From an uncultured Clostridia bacterium (lineage in GTDB: Bacteria; Bacillota; Clostridia; TANB77; CAG-508): 64,000 nt of DNA. The notes beneath the pieces were generated by a model that was not told the origin of the DNA, did not search any database, and saw only the letters and a program-made list of their open reading frames with translations. Where the stretch lies: NCBI GenBank assembly GCA_944393375.1, contig CALXZX010000005.1, positions 1,293 to 65,292 on the forward strand, read 5' to 3'. The translations under genes were made by a program, and so were the position numbers. Below are positions 9,855 to 19,118 of the stretch, piece after piece (positions within the stretch are counted from its first letter, which is position 1; every line of letters starts with the position of its first letter).

Positions 9855-10835
9855 TTGATATTCGAGGCAAAAGTATTGATAATCGCATTTATTATAGCGA
9901 TTATCATGGGATTTATCATTATACCAATATTAAAGAAAAGAAAAGTAGGGCAAATAGAGAGGGACGATGGACCACAATCTCATTTGAAAAAACAAGGAAC
10001 TCCAACAATGGGAGGAATTATTATCATTATTACCATGACTTTGGTGGTAATAGGAACATATATATATTTATCAATGATTGGAGAAACAGATGTAGCTCAT
10101 AAATTGTTACCAATATTGTTATTGACGATTGGATTTGGCTTGATTGGATTTATAGATGATTTTAAAAAATTAGTATTAAAAAATACAGAAGGTTTAAAAC
10201 CAAGTTATAAAATGATTGGATTACTGATTATTTCAGTAGCATATGTCATCTATTTAGTATACGGATTACAAATTGAAACACAAACATATATACCAATTAT
10301 AAAAACATATATTGATATGCCTGTTTTTATATATATTCCATTTGCAATTATCGTTATATTAGGAGCGACAAATGCAGTTAATTTAACAGATGGAATTGAT
10401 GGATTATCATCTAGTGTATGTGCGATTATAATTACTACTTTGGCCATTATAGGAATTAGTTTACAATTATATGAAGTATCTATATTTGCAAGTATTGTAA
10501 TAGGTGCAGTTTTAGGATTTTTAATGTTTAATATTCATCCAGCAAAAGTATTTATGGGAGATACAGGATCTCTTATGCTAGGAGGCGTTATATCAGGATT
10601 AGCACTATACCTAGAAATGCCATTATTATTACTTGTAATTGCATTAATACCAGTATTGGAAACTATATCTGTTATGATACAAGTGGCATACTTTAAAAAG
10701 ACAGGAAAAAGATTTTTCAAAATGGCACCATTACATCACCACTTTGAATTATCAGGTTGGAAAGAAAATAAAGTAGTTGTTGTATTTAGTATAGCAACAT
10801 TATTATTATGTATTATTGGACTAAAGATAATATAA
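9855..10835 (+). CDS. mraY: phospho-N-acetylmuramoyl-pentapeptide transferase
   Basis: KQGTPTMGG, GFIDD, NAVNLTDGIDG, FMGDTGS, MAPLHHHFEL motifs. Confidence 0.98.
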   Translation: MIFEAKVLIIAFIIAIIMGFIIIPILKKRKVGQIERDDGPQSHLKKQGTPTMGGIIIIITMTLVVIGTYIYLSMIGETDVAHKLLPILLLTIGFGLIGFIDDFKKLVLKNTEGLKPSYKMIGLLIISVAYVIYLVYGLQIETQTYIPIIKTYIDMPVFIYIPFAIIVILGATNAVNLTDGIDGLSSSVCAIIITTLAIIGISLQLYEVSIFASIVIGAVLGFLMFNIHPAKVFMGDTGSLMLGGVISGLALYLEMPLLLLVIALIPVLETISVMIQVAYFKKTGKRFFKMAPLHHHFELSGWKENKVVVVFSIATLLLCIIGLKII

Positions 10836-10985
10836 GGAAAGCATGCATCACGAAATCAAAGATGATTTTTTCTATACAATAAAGAAAAGGACAAAAGAAA
10901 AGGTCGAAAAAAAGATTCTTTTCCAAAAGATTAAGGAATTTTAATCATGTGGCTTTTTTTCTTGAGAAAGGAATGATAAAAAAGA

Positions 10986-12119
10986 ATGGTAAAAAAGAAA
11001 GGTAAGAGTTTTTCAAGCTTTCTAAAAAACCCAATTGATTTTACATTATTGATAACGATATTATTATTGTTATCAATAGGACTAATTATGGTACTTTCAG
11101 CAAGTTCCCCATCAGCACTTTCTGAAAGTGGAAATAGTTACGCATATTTTTTTAGACAGGCAATTTTTGCAGTAGCTGGATTGTTTATGATGTGGGTAAT
11201 TTCTAACATTGATTATCGATTTTATCAGAAATATTCTAAATTAGCATATATAATAGCATTTTTATTGCTATTAGCAGTACCACTTATAGGTAGAGAAGTA
11301 AATGGTGCAAAAAGATGGATATATATTACAGAATCACTTTCATTTCAACCATCTGAAATTGTAAAATTATTAATGATATTATTTTATGCAGGAATATTGG
11401 TGAAAAATAGAGATGAATTAAATAAATACGGAAAAGGTTTTTTAAAACATATCGTGATTTTAGCACCAATTATTGTTTTATTATTAATACAACCACATTT
11501 TAGTGCTTCAATAGTAATTATTGGAATTGTAGCAATTATGATGATTATAGCAGGATGTAAATTCTGGCATTTTCTTGTATCGGGTTTAGTGGTTGGAGTG
11601 CCTGGAATTATAGCATTAATTTTTCTAGAACCTTATAGATTGCAAAGAGTTATTACATTCTTAAATCCATGGAGTGATCCAACAGGAGATGGGTGGCAGG
11701 TAATACAAAGTTTATATGCTATTGGTTCAGGAGGATTATTTGGAGCCGGATTAGGAGAAAGCAAGCAAAAGTATTTATACATTCCAGAACCACATAATGA
11801 CTTTATTTTTTCAATACTAGCAGAAGAATTAGGTTTTATAGGATGTGCAGTTGTTATTATATTATTTGCTATATTTATATGGAGAGGAATTTTAATTGCC
11901 ATGAAATCTCCAGATATGTTTGGTAGTTTAATTGCTATAGGAATTACAGCACAAATTGCTATTCAAGTAATTATCAATATTGCCGTTGTTACTTCATCAA
12001 TGCCGGCAACAGGAATGCCATTGCCATTCTTTAGTTATGGAGGTACATCATTATTTATATTACTCTGTGAGATGGGAGTGCTCTTAAATATTTCAAAAGC
12101 AGGGGCGAAGAAGGATTAA
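10986..12119 (+). CDS. ftsW: SEDS peptidoglycan polymerase FtsW/SpoVE
   Basis: GAKRW, FQPSE, PEPHNDFIF, LPFFSYGG motifs; lies between mraY and murG. Confidence 0.92.
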   Translation: MVKKKGKSFSSFLKNPIDFTLLITILLLLSIGLIMVLSASSPSALSESGNSYAYFFRQAIFAVAGLFMMWVISNIDYRFYQKYSKLAYIIAFLLLLAVPLIGREVNGAKRWIYITESLSFQPSEIVKLLMILFYAGILVKNRDELNKYGKGFLKHIVILAPIIVLLLIQPHFSASIVIIGIVAIMMIIAGCKFWHFLVSGLVVGVPGIIALIFLEPYRLQRVITFLNPWSDPTGDGWQVIQSLYAIGSGGLFGAGLGESKQKYLYIPEPHNDFIFSILAEELGFIGCAVVIILFAIFIWRGILIAMKSPDMFGSLIAIGITAQIAIQVIINIAVVTSSMPATGMPLPFFSYGGTSLFILLCEMGVLLNISKAGAKKD

Positions 12120-12164
12120 GGTGTATGTCTTTAATCCTTATTTTGTAATAAAGGAGAGAAAAAA

Positions 12165-13292
12165 ATGAAAGTAGTTATTGCAGCAGCAGGAACAGCAGGT
12201 CATATCAATCCAGGATTAGCCATAGCAAAAAAAATACAAGAAGAAGAAAAAGATTCTAAAATTATTTTTATAGGAACAACAAGAGGATTAGAAAATGATT
12301 TGGTTCCAAGAGCAGGATATGAATTAAAAACGATTGATGCATATGGATTAAGTAAAAAAATATCTATTGAAAATATAAAAAAGATGATAAAAACATTAAA
12401 AGGGTTTGGAGAGGCAAAAAAAATATTAAAAGAAATCAATCCGGATATTGTTATAGGAACTGGAGGATATATTTGTGGTGCAACTATATTAGCAGCACAT
12501 CGATTGAAAATTCCAACAGTATTACATGAAAGTAATGCTTTCCCAGGAAAAGCAGTAAAAATGTTAGCTAAAAAAACAGATAAGATTTTAGTATCTTTTG
12601 AGGACGCAATAGAAAGAATAAAACATGCAAAAAAAATTGTATATACAGGAACACCTGTAAAAATAAAGAAACAAAATTATACAGAAGAACAAAAAGAGGA
12701 AATGATAAAAAAAGTTGGATTAAATAATCAAATGCCAATTGCTTTAGTTTTTGGTGGAAGTCAAGGTGCAAGAAGAATTAATCAAGCAATCATGGAGATT
12801 ATAAAATCAGGGTTGAATGAAAAGTACCAAATGATTTGGGCGACAGGACCAAAACAGTATGATATTGTAAAAGAAGAACTAGAAAATCATCATAAAAATA
12901 TAAACCATATAAAAAATATGAAAATTCTTCCATATATATATAATATGGAAGAAATAATGAATATTGTAGATGTAATCGTGGCAAGAAGTGGTGCCATGAC
13001 GATTACAGAAATTGCAAATTTAGGAAAACCATCTGTATTAGTCCCATTACCAAATGTGAGTCATGATCATCAATTATATAATGCAAAAGTATTACAAAAT
13101 ATTGGAGCAGCAGATATTATATTAGACAATGAATTAACTGGAGAAAAATTAAATACGAATATAGAAAAAATTGTATTAGATGGCCACAAATGTAAAGATA
13201 TGGGAGAAAAGGCATTAACTGTTGCAACTGATGATGTGGAAAATAAAATATATGCACAAATTATAGAAACTATAAAAGAAAGAAATAAATGA
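12165..13292 (+). CDS. murG: undecaprenyl-PP-MurNAc-pentapeptide GlcNAc transferase
   Basis: GTAGHINP, GTGGY, HESNAFPG, GGSQGA, RSGAMT, HQLYNA motifs. Confidence 0.97.
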   Translation: MKVVIAAAGTAGHINPGLAIAKKIQEEEKDSKIIFIGTTRGLENDLVPRAGYELKTIDAYGLSKKISIENIKKMIKTLKGFGEAKKILKEINPDIVIGTGGYICGATILAAHRLKIPTVLHESNAFPGKAVKMLAKKTDKILVSFEDAIERIKHAKKIVYTGTPVKIKKQNYTEEQKEEMIKKVGLNNQMPIALVFGGSQGARRINQAIMEIIKSGLNEKYQMIWATGPKQYDIVKEELENHHKNINHIKNMKILPYIYNMEEIMNIVDVIVARSGAMTITEIANLGKPSVLVPLPNVSHDHQLYNAKVLQNIGAADIILDNELTGEKLNTNIEKIVLDGHKCKDMGEKALTVATDDVENKIYAQIIETIKERNK

Positions 13293-14770
13293 GAGGGAAA
13301 AGAATGTTTAGGAGTATTCAATTTAAAATAATTGTTGTATTTTTTTTAATAGGCATTATTGTGATTACAGGATTAGGTCTTGTATATATACAATCAATCA
13401 ACCATTTAGAAATGAATCTTAGTAATAAAGAAATTGGAAATATAGAGGAATTAGCCCAATATATTGAACAAATGCAAAATACAAATATTACTGCATTAAT
13501 TGTAGCAGGTGTTGTGTTTTTGATAGGTGGGATTTTGATAGCAATTGTTTTGTCTAGATTTGTTATTTATCCAATTAATAAATTAATAAAAAGTGCAGAA
13601 AAGATAACAGAAGAAGAAAAGAAAAAAGATAAAACAAATTCGCCAAAAGAAGATGTCAAAAAGTCAAAAAACAAAAAAGATATGGTGAATATAGAAGATG
13701 TATTAGGTGCTATGACAACAGAATTAAAGGAAAAGTTGAGTGAAGTTTCTACACAAAAAAATCAAATAGAAACGATTCTTTTACATATGACAGATGGAAT
13801 TATTGCATTTAATATGGAAGGAGAAATTATTTTAATTAATCCAGCAGCAAAAAAATTCTTGAGTATTAGACCAGAAGATATCACTTTTGATGATATTTTT
13901 GCAAAATTTAAATTGGGAATCAACATGGAAAAAATTATTTATCTAGAAAATTGGACATCAACAGAACAAAGAATTCAGGTCGAAGATAAATACATGAATG
14001 TATTTTTTGCACCTTTTAAAAATGAATCAGATAGGCCTAATGGTGTCATAGCGGTTATCCAAGATATAACAGAACATGTAAAATTAGATAATATGCAAAA
14101 AGAATTTGTGGCAGATGTATCACATGAATTAAAAACACCAATTACATCTATTATGGGGTATGCAGATACTTTATTAGAAGGAGAATATGATAAAGAAACA
14201 CAGGACAAGTTTTTAAATGTCATTGCTTCAGAAGCAAGAAGAATGGCAAGACTTGTTACAGACTTATTAACTTTATCAAGATATGATAATAATAAAAATA
14301 GAGTGAAAAAAGTATCATTTGATTTAGGTGAACTAGTAAAAAAATGTCAAGACAAATTAGCTATTGAAATTAAAAAGAAAAATCATACAGTAAATTCTTT
14401 TGTAACTGCAGATGTTCCACCAGTTTATGCAGATAAAGATGATATTGAGAGAGTGATTTTAAATATTCTAACAAATAGTATTAAATATACACCAGAAGGT
14501 GGAGAAATTAAAATATATGTAGGATTTGTGTATAATGATGCTTATATAAAAATCTTTGATAATGGAATTGGAATACCAGAAGAAGATTTATCTAGAATAT
14601 TTGAAAGATTTTACCGAGTGGATAAAGCTCGTACAAGAGAAATGGGAGGAACTGGTTTAGGATTATCTATTGCCAAAGAAATATTAGATAAAAATGGAGG
14701 AAGTATTGATATCAAAAGTACAGTAGGACAAGGTACAGAAGTTGTTATTCGAATTCCAACTAAAGATTAA
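13289..14770 (+). CDS. sensor histidine kinase, WalK/VicK-like (2 TM, PAS, HisKA, HATPase)
   Basis: DVSHELKTP H-box, NILTNSIKYT N-box, DNGIGIP, FERFYRVDKAR, GGTGLGL; overlaps the murG stop (ATGA). Confidence 0.92.
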   Translation: MRGKRMFRSIQFKIIVVFFLIGIIVITGLGLVYIQSINHLEMNLSNKEIGNIEELAQYIEQMQNTNITALIVAGVVFLIGGILIAIVLSRFVIYPINKLIKSAEKITEEEKKKDKTNSPKEDVKKSKNKKDMVNIEDVLGAMTTELKEKLSEVSTQKNQIETILLHMTDGIIAFNMEGEIILINPAAKKFLSIRPEDITFDDIFAKFKLGINMEKIIYLENWTSTEQRIQVEDKYMNVFFAPFKNESDRPNGVIAVIQDITEHVKLDNMQKEFVADVSHELKTPITSIMGYADTLLEGEYDKETQDKFLNVIASEARRMARLVTDLLTLSRYDNNKNRVKKVSFDLGELVKKCQDKLAIEIKKKNHTVNSFVTADVPPVYADKDDIERVILNILTNSIKYTPEGGEIKIYVGFVYNDAYIKIFDNGIGIPEEDLSRIFERFYRVDKARTREMGGTGLGLSIAKEILDKNGGSIDIKSTVGQGTEVVIRIPTKD

Positions 14771-14773
14771 AGA

Positions 14774-14970
14774 GTTTCTGTTCAGTGTTCACTTCCTCGA
14801 AGGTATATATATTATATTTTTCGCTATCCCAACACGTTACATACTCTAACTAAAACAGCTCCCACGGGACTGTCGCTGATTTAATAAGAGTATGTAACGT
14901 GTCGGTCCCCACGAAACTCGCTTAAAATATAATATATATACCTTCGAGGAAGTGAATATTGAACAGAAAC
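14774..14970. repeat. 197-bp nested palindromic element (REPIN/MITE-like)
   Basis: 47-bp outer arms 14774-14820 / 14924-14970 (2 mismatches, both G-U compatible on +); perfect 16-bp inner stem 14832-14847 / 14887-14902. Confidence 0.9.
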
Positions 14971-15008
14971 ATTAAGAATGAGAAATTATAAAAAAATACT
15001 AATTAGAA

Positions 15009-15037
15009 TTGAAAAATAAAAAGAATTCATGTATAAT
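15009..15037 (+). promoter_or_regulatory. sigma-A promoter (lepB)
   Basis: TTGAAA-17-TATAAT. Confidence 0.6.
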
Positions 15038-15072
15038 AAATTAGATTTTTTAAAGTTAAAGGAGAGAGAAAG

Positions 15073-15711
15073 TTGAATCCAAAGATAAAAGAGATATTAG
15101 AATGGGTATATTGTATTATTATAGCAATTGTATTGGCACTATTATTTAGATATTTTATCGGAACTCCAACAATTGTACAACAAGTTTCTATGTATCCAAC
15201 CTTAGAACAAGATCAAAGATTGTGGTTAAATAGATGGTCTAGAACTACGAAAACTTTACCAGAAAGAGGAAAAATCATTACATTTGAAGCACCAACAAAA
15301 AAATTCTATACAAGTTCAGAAATCGATACAGACAATCCAATTGCTCAATATGAAAATGAACCAACCAATATATTTGGAAAATTTGTAAAATATGTATTAG
15401 AAATTGGAAAAGAAAGTTATATAAAAAGAGTGATAGCACTTCCAGGAGAACATGTAGAAATAAAAGAAGGAAAAGTATATATAAATGGAGAAGAATTAGA
15501 CGAGCCATATTTACAAGATGGAGTAGTAACAGATGTGGAAGGTACAGGTTTTTCAGATTTTGTTGTTCCAGAAAATAGCGTATTTGCAATGGGAGATAAT
15601 AGAACACATAGTACAGATTGTAGAGCATTTGGTTGTATACCATTAGAAAAGATAGAAAGTACAGTAGCCATAAGAATTTGGCCATTAAACAAATGGGGAC
15701 ATGTAGATTAA
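15073..15711 (+). CDS. lepB: signal peptidase I
   Basis: SMYPTL (catalytic Ser), YIKRVIALPG (catalytic Lys), GDNRTHSTDCR. Confidence 0.96.
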   Translation: MNPKIKEILEWVYCIIIAIVLALLFRYFIGTPTIVQQVSMYPTLEQDQRLWLNRWSRTTKTLPERGKIITFEAPTKKFYTSSEIDTDNPIAQYENEPTNIFGKFVKYVLEIGKESYIKRVIALPGEHVEIKEGKVYINGEELDEPYLQDGVVTDVEGTGFSDFVVPENSVFAMGDNRTHSTDCRAFGCIPLEKIESTVAIRIWPLNKWGHVD

Positions 15712-15829
15712 AAGATAGAGATTATTTAGGTCTCTATTTTTTATTGTCTTAGATGACAAGGTTGTGGGGGACTAGGTCTGCAATCTTTAATTGCTATGTC
15801 GGGTCAGGTTCCTATTTGTTTAGTTCTGG

Positions 15830-15858
15830 TTGAAAATAAGACAAATTTATGGTATAAT
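15830..15858 (+). promoter_or_regulatory. sigma-A promoter with extended -10
   Basis: TTGAAA-17-TATAAT with TG at the extended -10 position. Confidence 0.6.
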
Positions 15859-15891
15859 AAAAAGAGTTTTAATAAAGGAGAGGTGATAGAT

Positions 15892-16083
15892 ATGACACCA
15901 TCTGAATATAGAAAAGAACTAGCAAAAGAAACAAAAGAAGCAAGGGCAAAAGGTATAGGAATATCAACAGGAGATTTAGAAAAGGCAATAAAATATGCTC
16001 ATGCTGGTGCAAAGGTAGGAAGCATGGCAGATAAATTGAAATCTGAAAAAGGCGTTTATGGTAGAAAAGAGGATGGTAGATAA
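15892..16083 (+). CDS. small basic hypothetical protein (63 aa)
   Basis: AAGGAGAGGTG SD and ATG at 15892; own promoter and downstream hairpin; the ORF-track 5' extension is unlikely. Confidence 0.65.
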   Translation: MTPSEYRKELAKETKEARAKGIGISTGDLEKAIKYAHAGAKVGSMADKLKSEKGVYGRKEDGR

Positions 16084-16107
16084 TCATAGGATTATCTATC
16101 TTTTTTA

Positions 16108-16136
16108 TTGAAAAATCAATTGTTTTAGTATATAAT
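16108..16136 (+). promoter_or_regulatory. sigma-A promoter (holB operon)
   Basis: TTGAAA-17-TATAAT. Confidence 0.6.
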
Positions 16137-16167
16137 AATAGAGGTTAAGAAAAAAGGAGCGAAATCT

Positions 16168-17064
16168 TTGATGTTTGATGAGATTATTGGGAATGAACAA
16201 ATAAAAAAAGAATTAAAAAAATCGATACTTGAAAATAAAGTATCTCATAGCTATATGTTTGTCGGAATAGAAGGAATTGGAAAACAAATGATAGCTAAAG
16301 AGTTTGCTCAAATGATATTATGTACAAGTGAACAAGAAAAAGGATGTCATCAATGTAAATCTTGTATTGAATTTATGTCTCATAATCAACCGGATTTCTT
16401 GTATTTAGAACCAGATGGCAACAGTATAAAGATTGAACAAATTCGATATTTACAAAGAAAAATACAAGAAAAGCCAATTATTTCTGACAACAAAGTATAT
16501 ATTATCAATGATGCTGATAAAATGACAACTGAAGCACAAAATTGTTTATTAAAAACATTGGAAGAACCACCAGAATATGGTACAATCATATTAATCGGTA
16601 GTAATGAAAATGCTTTTTTAAATACGATAAAATCAAGATGTATGAAGATTACATTTCAACCTGTTGAAAACGAATATATAAAACAATATATGGAAAAAAC
16701 ATATGGAATGACCAATATTAGTCAAAATATGTTGGAAGCATTTCAAGGGAGTATTGGAAAAGCAATTTTATTAAAAGATAAAAAAGAACAATATGAGAAT
16801 ATTGAAAGTATGATAGAAAAATTGAATAAAACAGATATGACAGAATTGATGAAATTAGGGGAACCACTATATCAATCTAAAGATGAAATTATGAATATAT
16901 TAGATTATATAAATATAATCTTATTAAGATTAGCAAAAGAAAATACACAATATGCAAATTGTATAGATATTATAGAAGATACCAAAAAAAGGTTGAATCA
17001 AAATGCAAATTATGATATGTGTATAGATAACATGATATTTAATATGTGGGAGGAAGTAAATTGA
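16168..17064 (+). CDS. holB: DNA polymerase III subunit delta'
   Basis: SHSYMF, zinc motif C..CHQCKSC, IKIEQIR, AQNCLLKTLEEPP, TIKSRC. Confidence 0.93.
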   Translation: MMFDEIIGNEQIKKELKKSILENKVSHSYMFVGIEGIGKQMIAKEFAQMILCTSEQEKGCHQCKSCIEFMSHNQPDFLYLEPDGNSIKIEQIRYLQRKIQEKPIISDNKVYIINDADKMTTEAQNCLLKTLEEPPEYGTIILIGSNENAFLNTIKSRCMKITFQPVENEYIKQYMEKTYGMTNISQNMLEAFQGSIGKAILLKDKKEQYENIESMIEKLNKTDMTELMKLGEPLYQSKDEIMNILDYINIILLRLAKENTQYANCIDIIEDTKKRLNQNANYDMCIDNMIFNMWEEVN

Positions 17065-17972
17065 AAGATATTGTAGGGGTAAGATTTAAAAAATTAGGAA
17101 AAATCTATTTCTTTAACCCAAAAAAATGGAGACTAAAAAAGGGAGATAAGGTTATTGTAGAAACAGCACAAGGAGAAGAATTTGGAGAAGTTATGATTCC
17201 TAATAGAGCTGTTCCAGAAGATAAAATTGTAGAACCTTTAAAAGTGGTTATCAGAATTGCCAATGGGAAAGATTATAAACGTTTTGACGAATGTAGAGCT
17301 TTAGAAAAAAAGGCTTTTGAAGTATGTAAAAAGAAAATTAAAGAACATGGATTAGAAATGACATTAACAGATGTAGAAGTAAAATTCGATAATAGTAAGA
17401 TTTTATTCTATTTCACAGCAGATGGAAGAATTGATTTTAGGGAATTGGTAAAAGATCTAGCAGCAGTATATAAAACAAGAATAGAACTAAGACAAATTGG
17501 TGTAAGAGATGAAGTTAGAAAAATTGGTGGAAATGGTGTATGTGGTAGAGAATTATGTTGTTGTACATTTTTAAATGATTTTGAAGCTGTATCTATCAAA
17601 ATGGCAAAGGAACAAAATATTTCTTTGAATCCTTCAAAAATATCTGGAAATTGTGGAAGATTAATGTGTTGCTTAAAATATGAAAGTGAAGTTTATGAAG
17701 AAAAATTGAAAAAATTACCACATATAGGAGCTATTGTAAAAACAGAAGAAGGGGAAGGAGAAGTAGATTCTATTGAAACCTTAAAAGAAAGAGTCAGAGT
17801 AAAGATTAAAGATGGAGATACCTTTATATATAGAAGATATGATGTAAAAGATATTCAAGTCATTAAAGATGCTGAAAAAGAAAGATTAGACCAAGAAGAA
17901 ATCGAACATCAAAAAGAATTAGAAGAATTAGAAAAGTTAGAAAAAGAAGAAGAAGGCATGAGAGAAGAATAA
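17061..17972 (+). CDS. ricT: PSP1-domain protein RicT/YaaT (stage 0 sporulation family)
   Basis: VGVRFKK..KIYFF, FTADGRIDFRELVKDLA, CGRELCC, SGNCGRLMCCLKYE; follows holB as in Bacillota. Confidence 0.92.
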   Translation: MKDIVGVRFKKLGKIYFFNPKKWRLKKGDKVIVETAQGEEFGEVMIPNRAVPEDKIVEPLKVVIRIANGKDYKRFDECRALEKKAFEVCKKKIKEHGLEMTLTDVEVKFDNSKILFYFTADGRIDFRELVKDLAAVYKTRIELRQIGVRDEVRKIGGNGVCGRELCCCTFLNDFEAVSIKMAKEQNISLNPSKISGNCGRLMCCLKYESEVYEEKLKKLPHIGAIVKTEEGEGEVDSIETLKERVRVKIKDGDTFIYRRYDVKDIQVIKDAEKERLDQEEIEHQKELEELEKLEKEEEGMREE

Positions 17973-18019
17973 AAACACAAGAACAATAGAGAAACAAGAA
18001 ATTAAAGGAGGTGAATATA

Positions 18020-18190
18020 ATGGCATATAAAATAACAGATAAATGTATATCATGTGGAGCTTGTGCTGCTGAATGTCCAGTTCAATGTATATCACAAGGA
18101 GATGATAAATTCGTAATTGATCAATCTGCTTGTATAAGCTGTGGAACTTGCGCAGGTGTTTGCCCAGTAGAAGCACCAGAAGAAGAATAA
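18020..18190 (+). CDS. 2[4Fe-4S] ferredoxin (56 aa, absent from ORF track)
   Basis: Hand translation MAYKITDKCISCGACAAECPV...ACISCGTCAGVCPVEAPEEE has two CxxCxxCxxxCP motifs; AAGGAGGTG SD. Confidence 0.97.
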   Translation: MAYKITDKCISCGACAAECPVQCISQGDDKFVIDQSACISCGTCAGVCPVEAPEEE

Positions 18191-18194
18191 GGAT

Positions 18195-18232
18195 AAAAGG
18201 GGATTTTGGGGACGGACTCAAATTTCCCTTTT
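18195..18232 (+). repeat. REP-like palindrome, family A copy 1
   Basis: AAAAGGGGATTTTGGGGACGGACTCAAATTTCCCTTTT; self-hairpin followed by a T-run. Confidence 0.9.
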
Positions 18233-18253
18233 TTATTAAAAGGAGGAGTAAAA

Positions 18254-19009
18254 ATACCCAGAAAAGAAAGAACACTACATATATCATCATATTATCATAT
18301 AATGATACAGGGAATAAATAAATTAAATATTTTTAAAACGAATATAGAAAAAAATACATATCTAAAATATTTGAATGAGGAAAAGAAAAAATATGATATT
18401 AAAATTTTAGCGTATGTGATAATGGATAATCATATGCATTTGTTAATATATGATGAAAAAGAAAAAAATGTTTCAAAATGGATGCAAATTGTTAATACGA
18501 AATATGCCAAATTTTATAATAAAGAGCATGATAGAGTGGGGTATGTATATAGAGACAGGTTTAAAAGTAAGCCGATTTGGGATAGAACATATTTATATAA
18601 TGTACTTGCATATATACATTTCAATCCCATAGAAGCAGGAATAAGTAAGGAGTTAAGTCAATATACCTTTTCTTCATATAATGATTATGTATATAATCGA
18701 AAATCTAGAGAAGAAGTTATATTATTATTTAGTAATGAAGATTATCAATCTTTATATAATTTAATTCATGAAAAATATTATAAGAAAATGTTATTAAAAT
18801 CGAATAGGTCTCCAGAAAATATATTACAAAATTATTTGGATGGTAAAACAGTAAAAGAAATAAAAAGAAACAAAGAATTAATTGCTAAAATAGTTATAGA
18901 AATAAAAAGGGAATATAACTTAAGAGAGTATCAAATAGCCAAAATTTTGTCAATTGGAAAAAACAGAATAAATCAACTAAAACGAGAAGGATTTATAAAA
19001 GAAGATTAA
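18254..19009 (+). mobile_element. REP-associated tyrosine transposase (RAYT; IS200-like Y1 HUH), apparent ATA start
   Basis: (I)PRKER N-terminus, YYHIMIQGINK, AYVIMDNHMHLL (HUH), YIHFNPIEAG, YTFSSY; flanked by inverted family A repeats; no tnpB. Confidence 0.88.
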
Positions 19010-19050
19010 ACAAGTGGATTACCAAATACAAATCTAGAAATTAAAAGACC

Positions 19051-19086
19051 AAAAAGGGAAAAATGAGTCCGTCCCCAAAATCCCTT
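19051..19086 (-). repeat. REP-like palindrome, family A copy 2 (inverted relative to copy 1)
   Basis: AAAAAGGGAAAAATGAGTCCGTCCCCAAAATCCCTT. Confidence 0.9.
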
Positions 19087-19118
19087 AAAATTAAATATTA
19101 GTAAAAGGAGAAATAGAA

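Noticed and set aside
15766-15812. GGGGGACTAGGTC and GGGTCAGGTTCC as degenerate family C remnants
   Set aside because: Matches are too short and there is no convincing palindrome; possible but unsupported.
18206-18253. ORF-track N-terminal extensions (RAYT 18206, sigE 43735, ftsA 40110, rnr 50627, walR-like 23066, ldh 49064)
   Set aside because: They run through repeats or promoters and lack an SD; downstream starts have clear SDs and match homolog N-termini.
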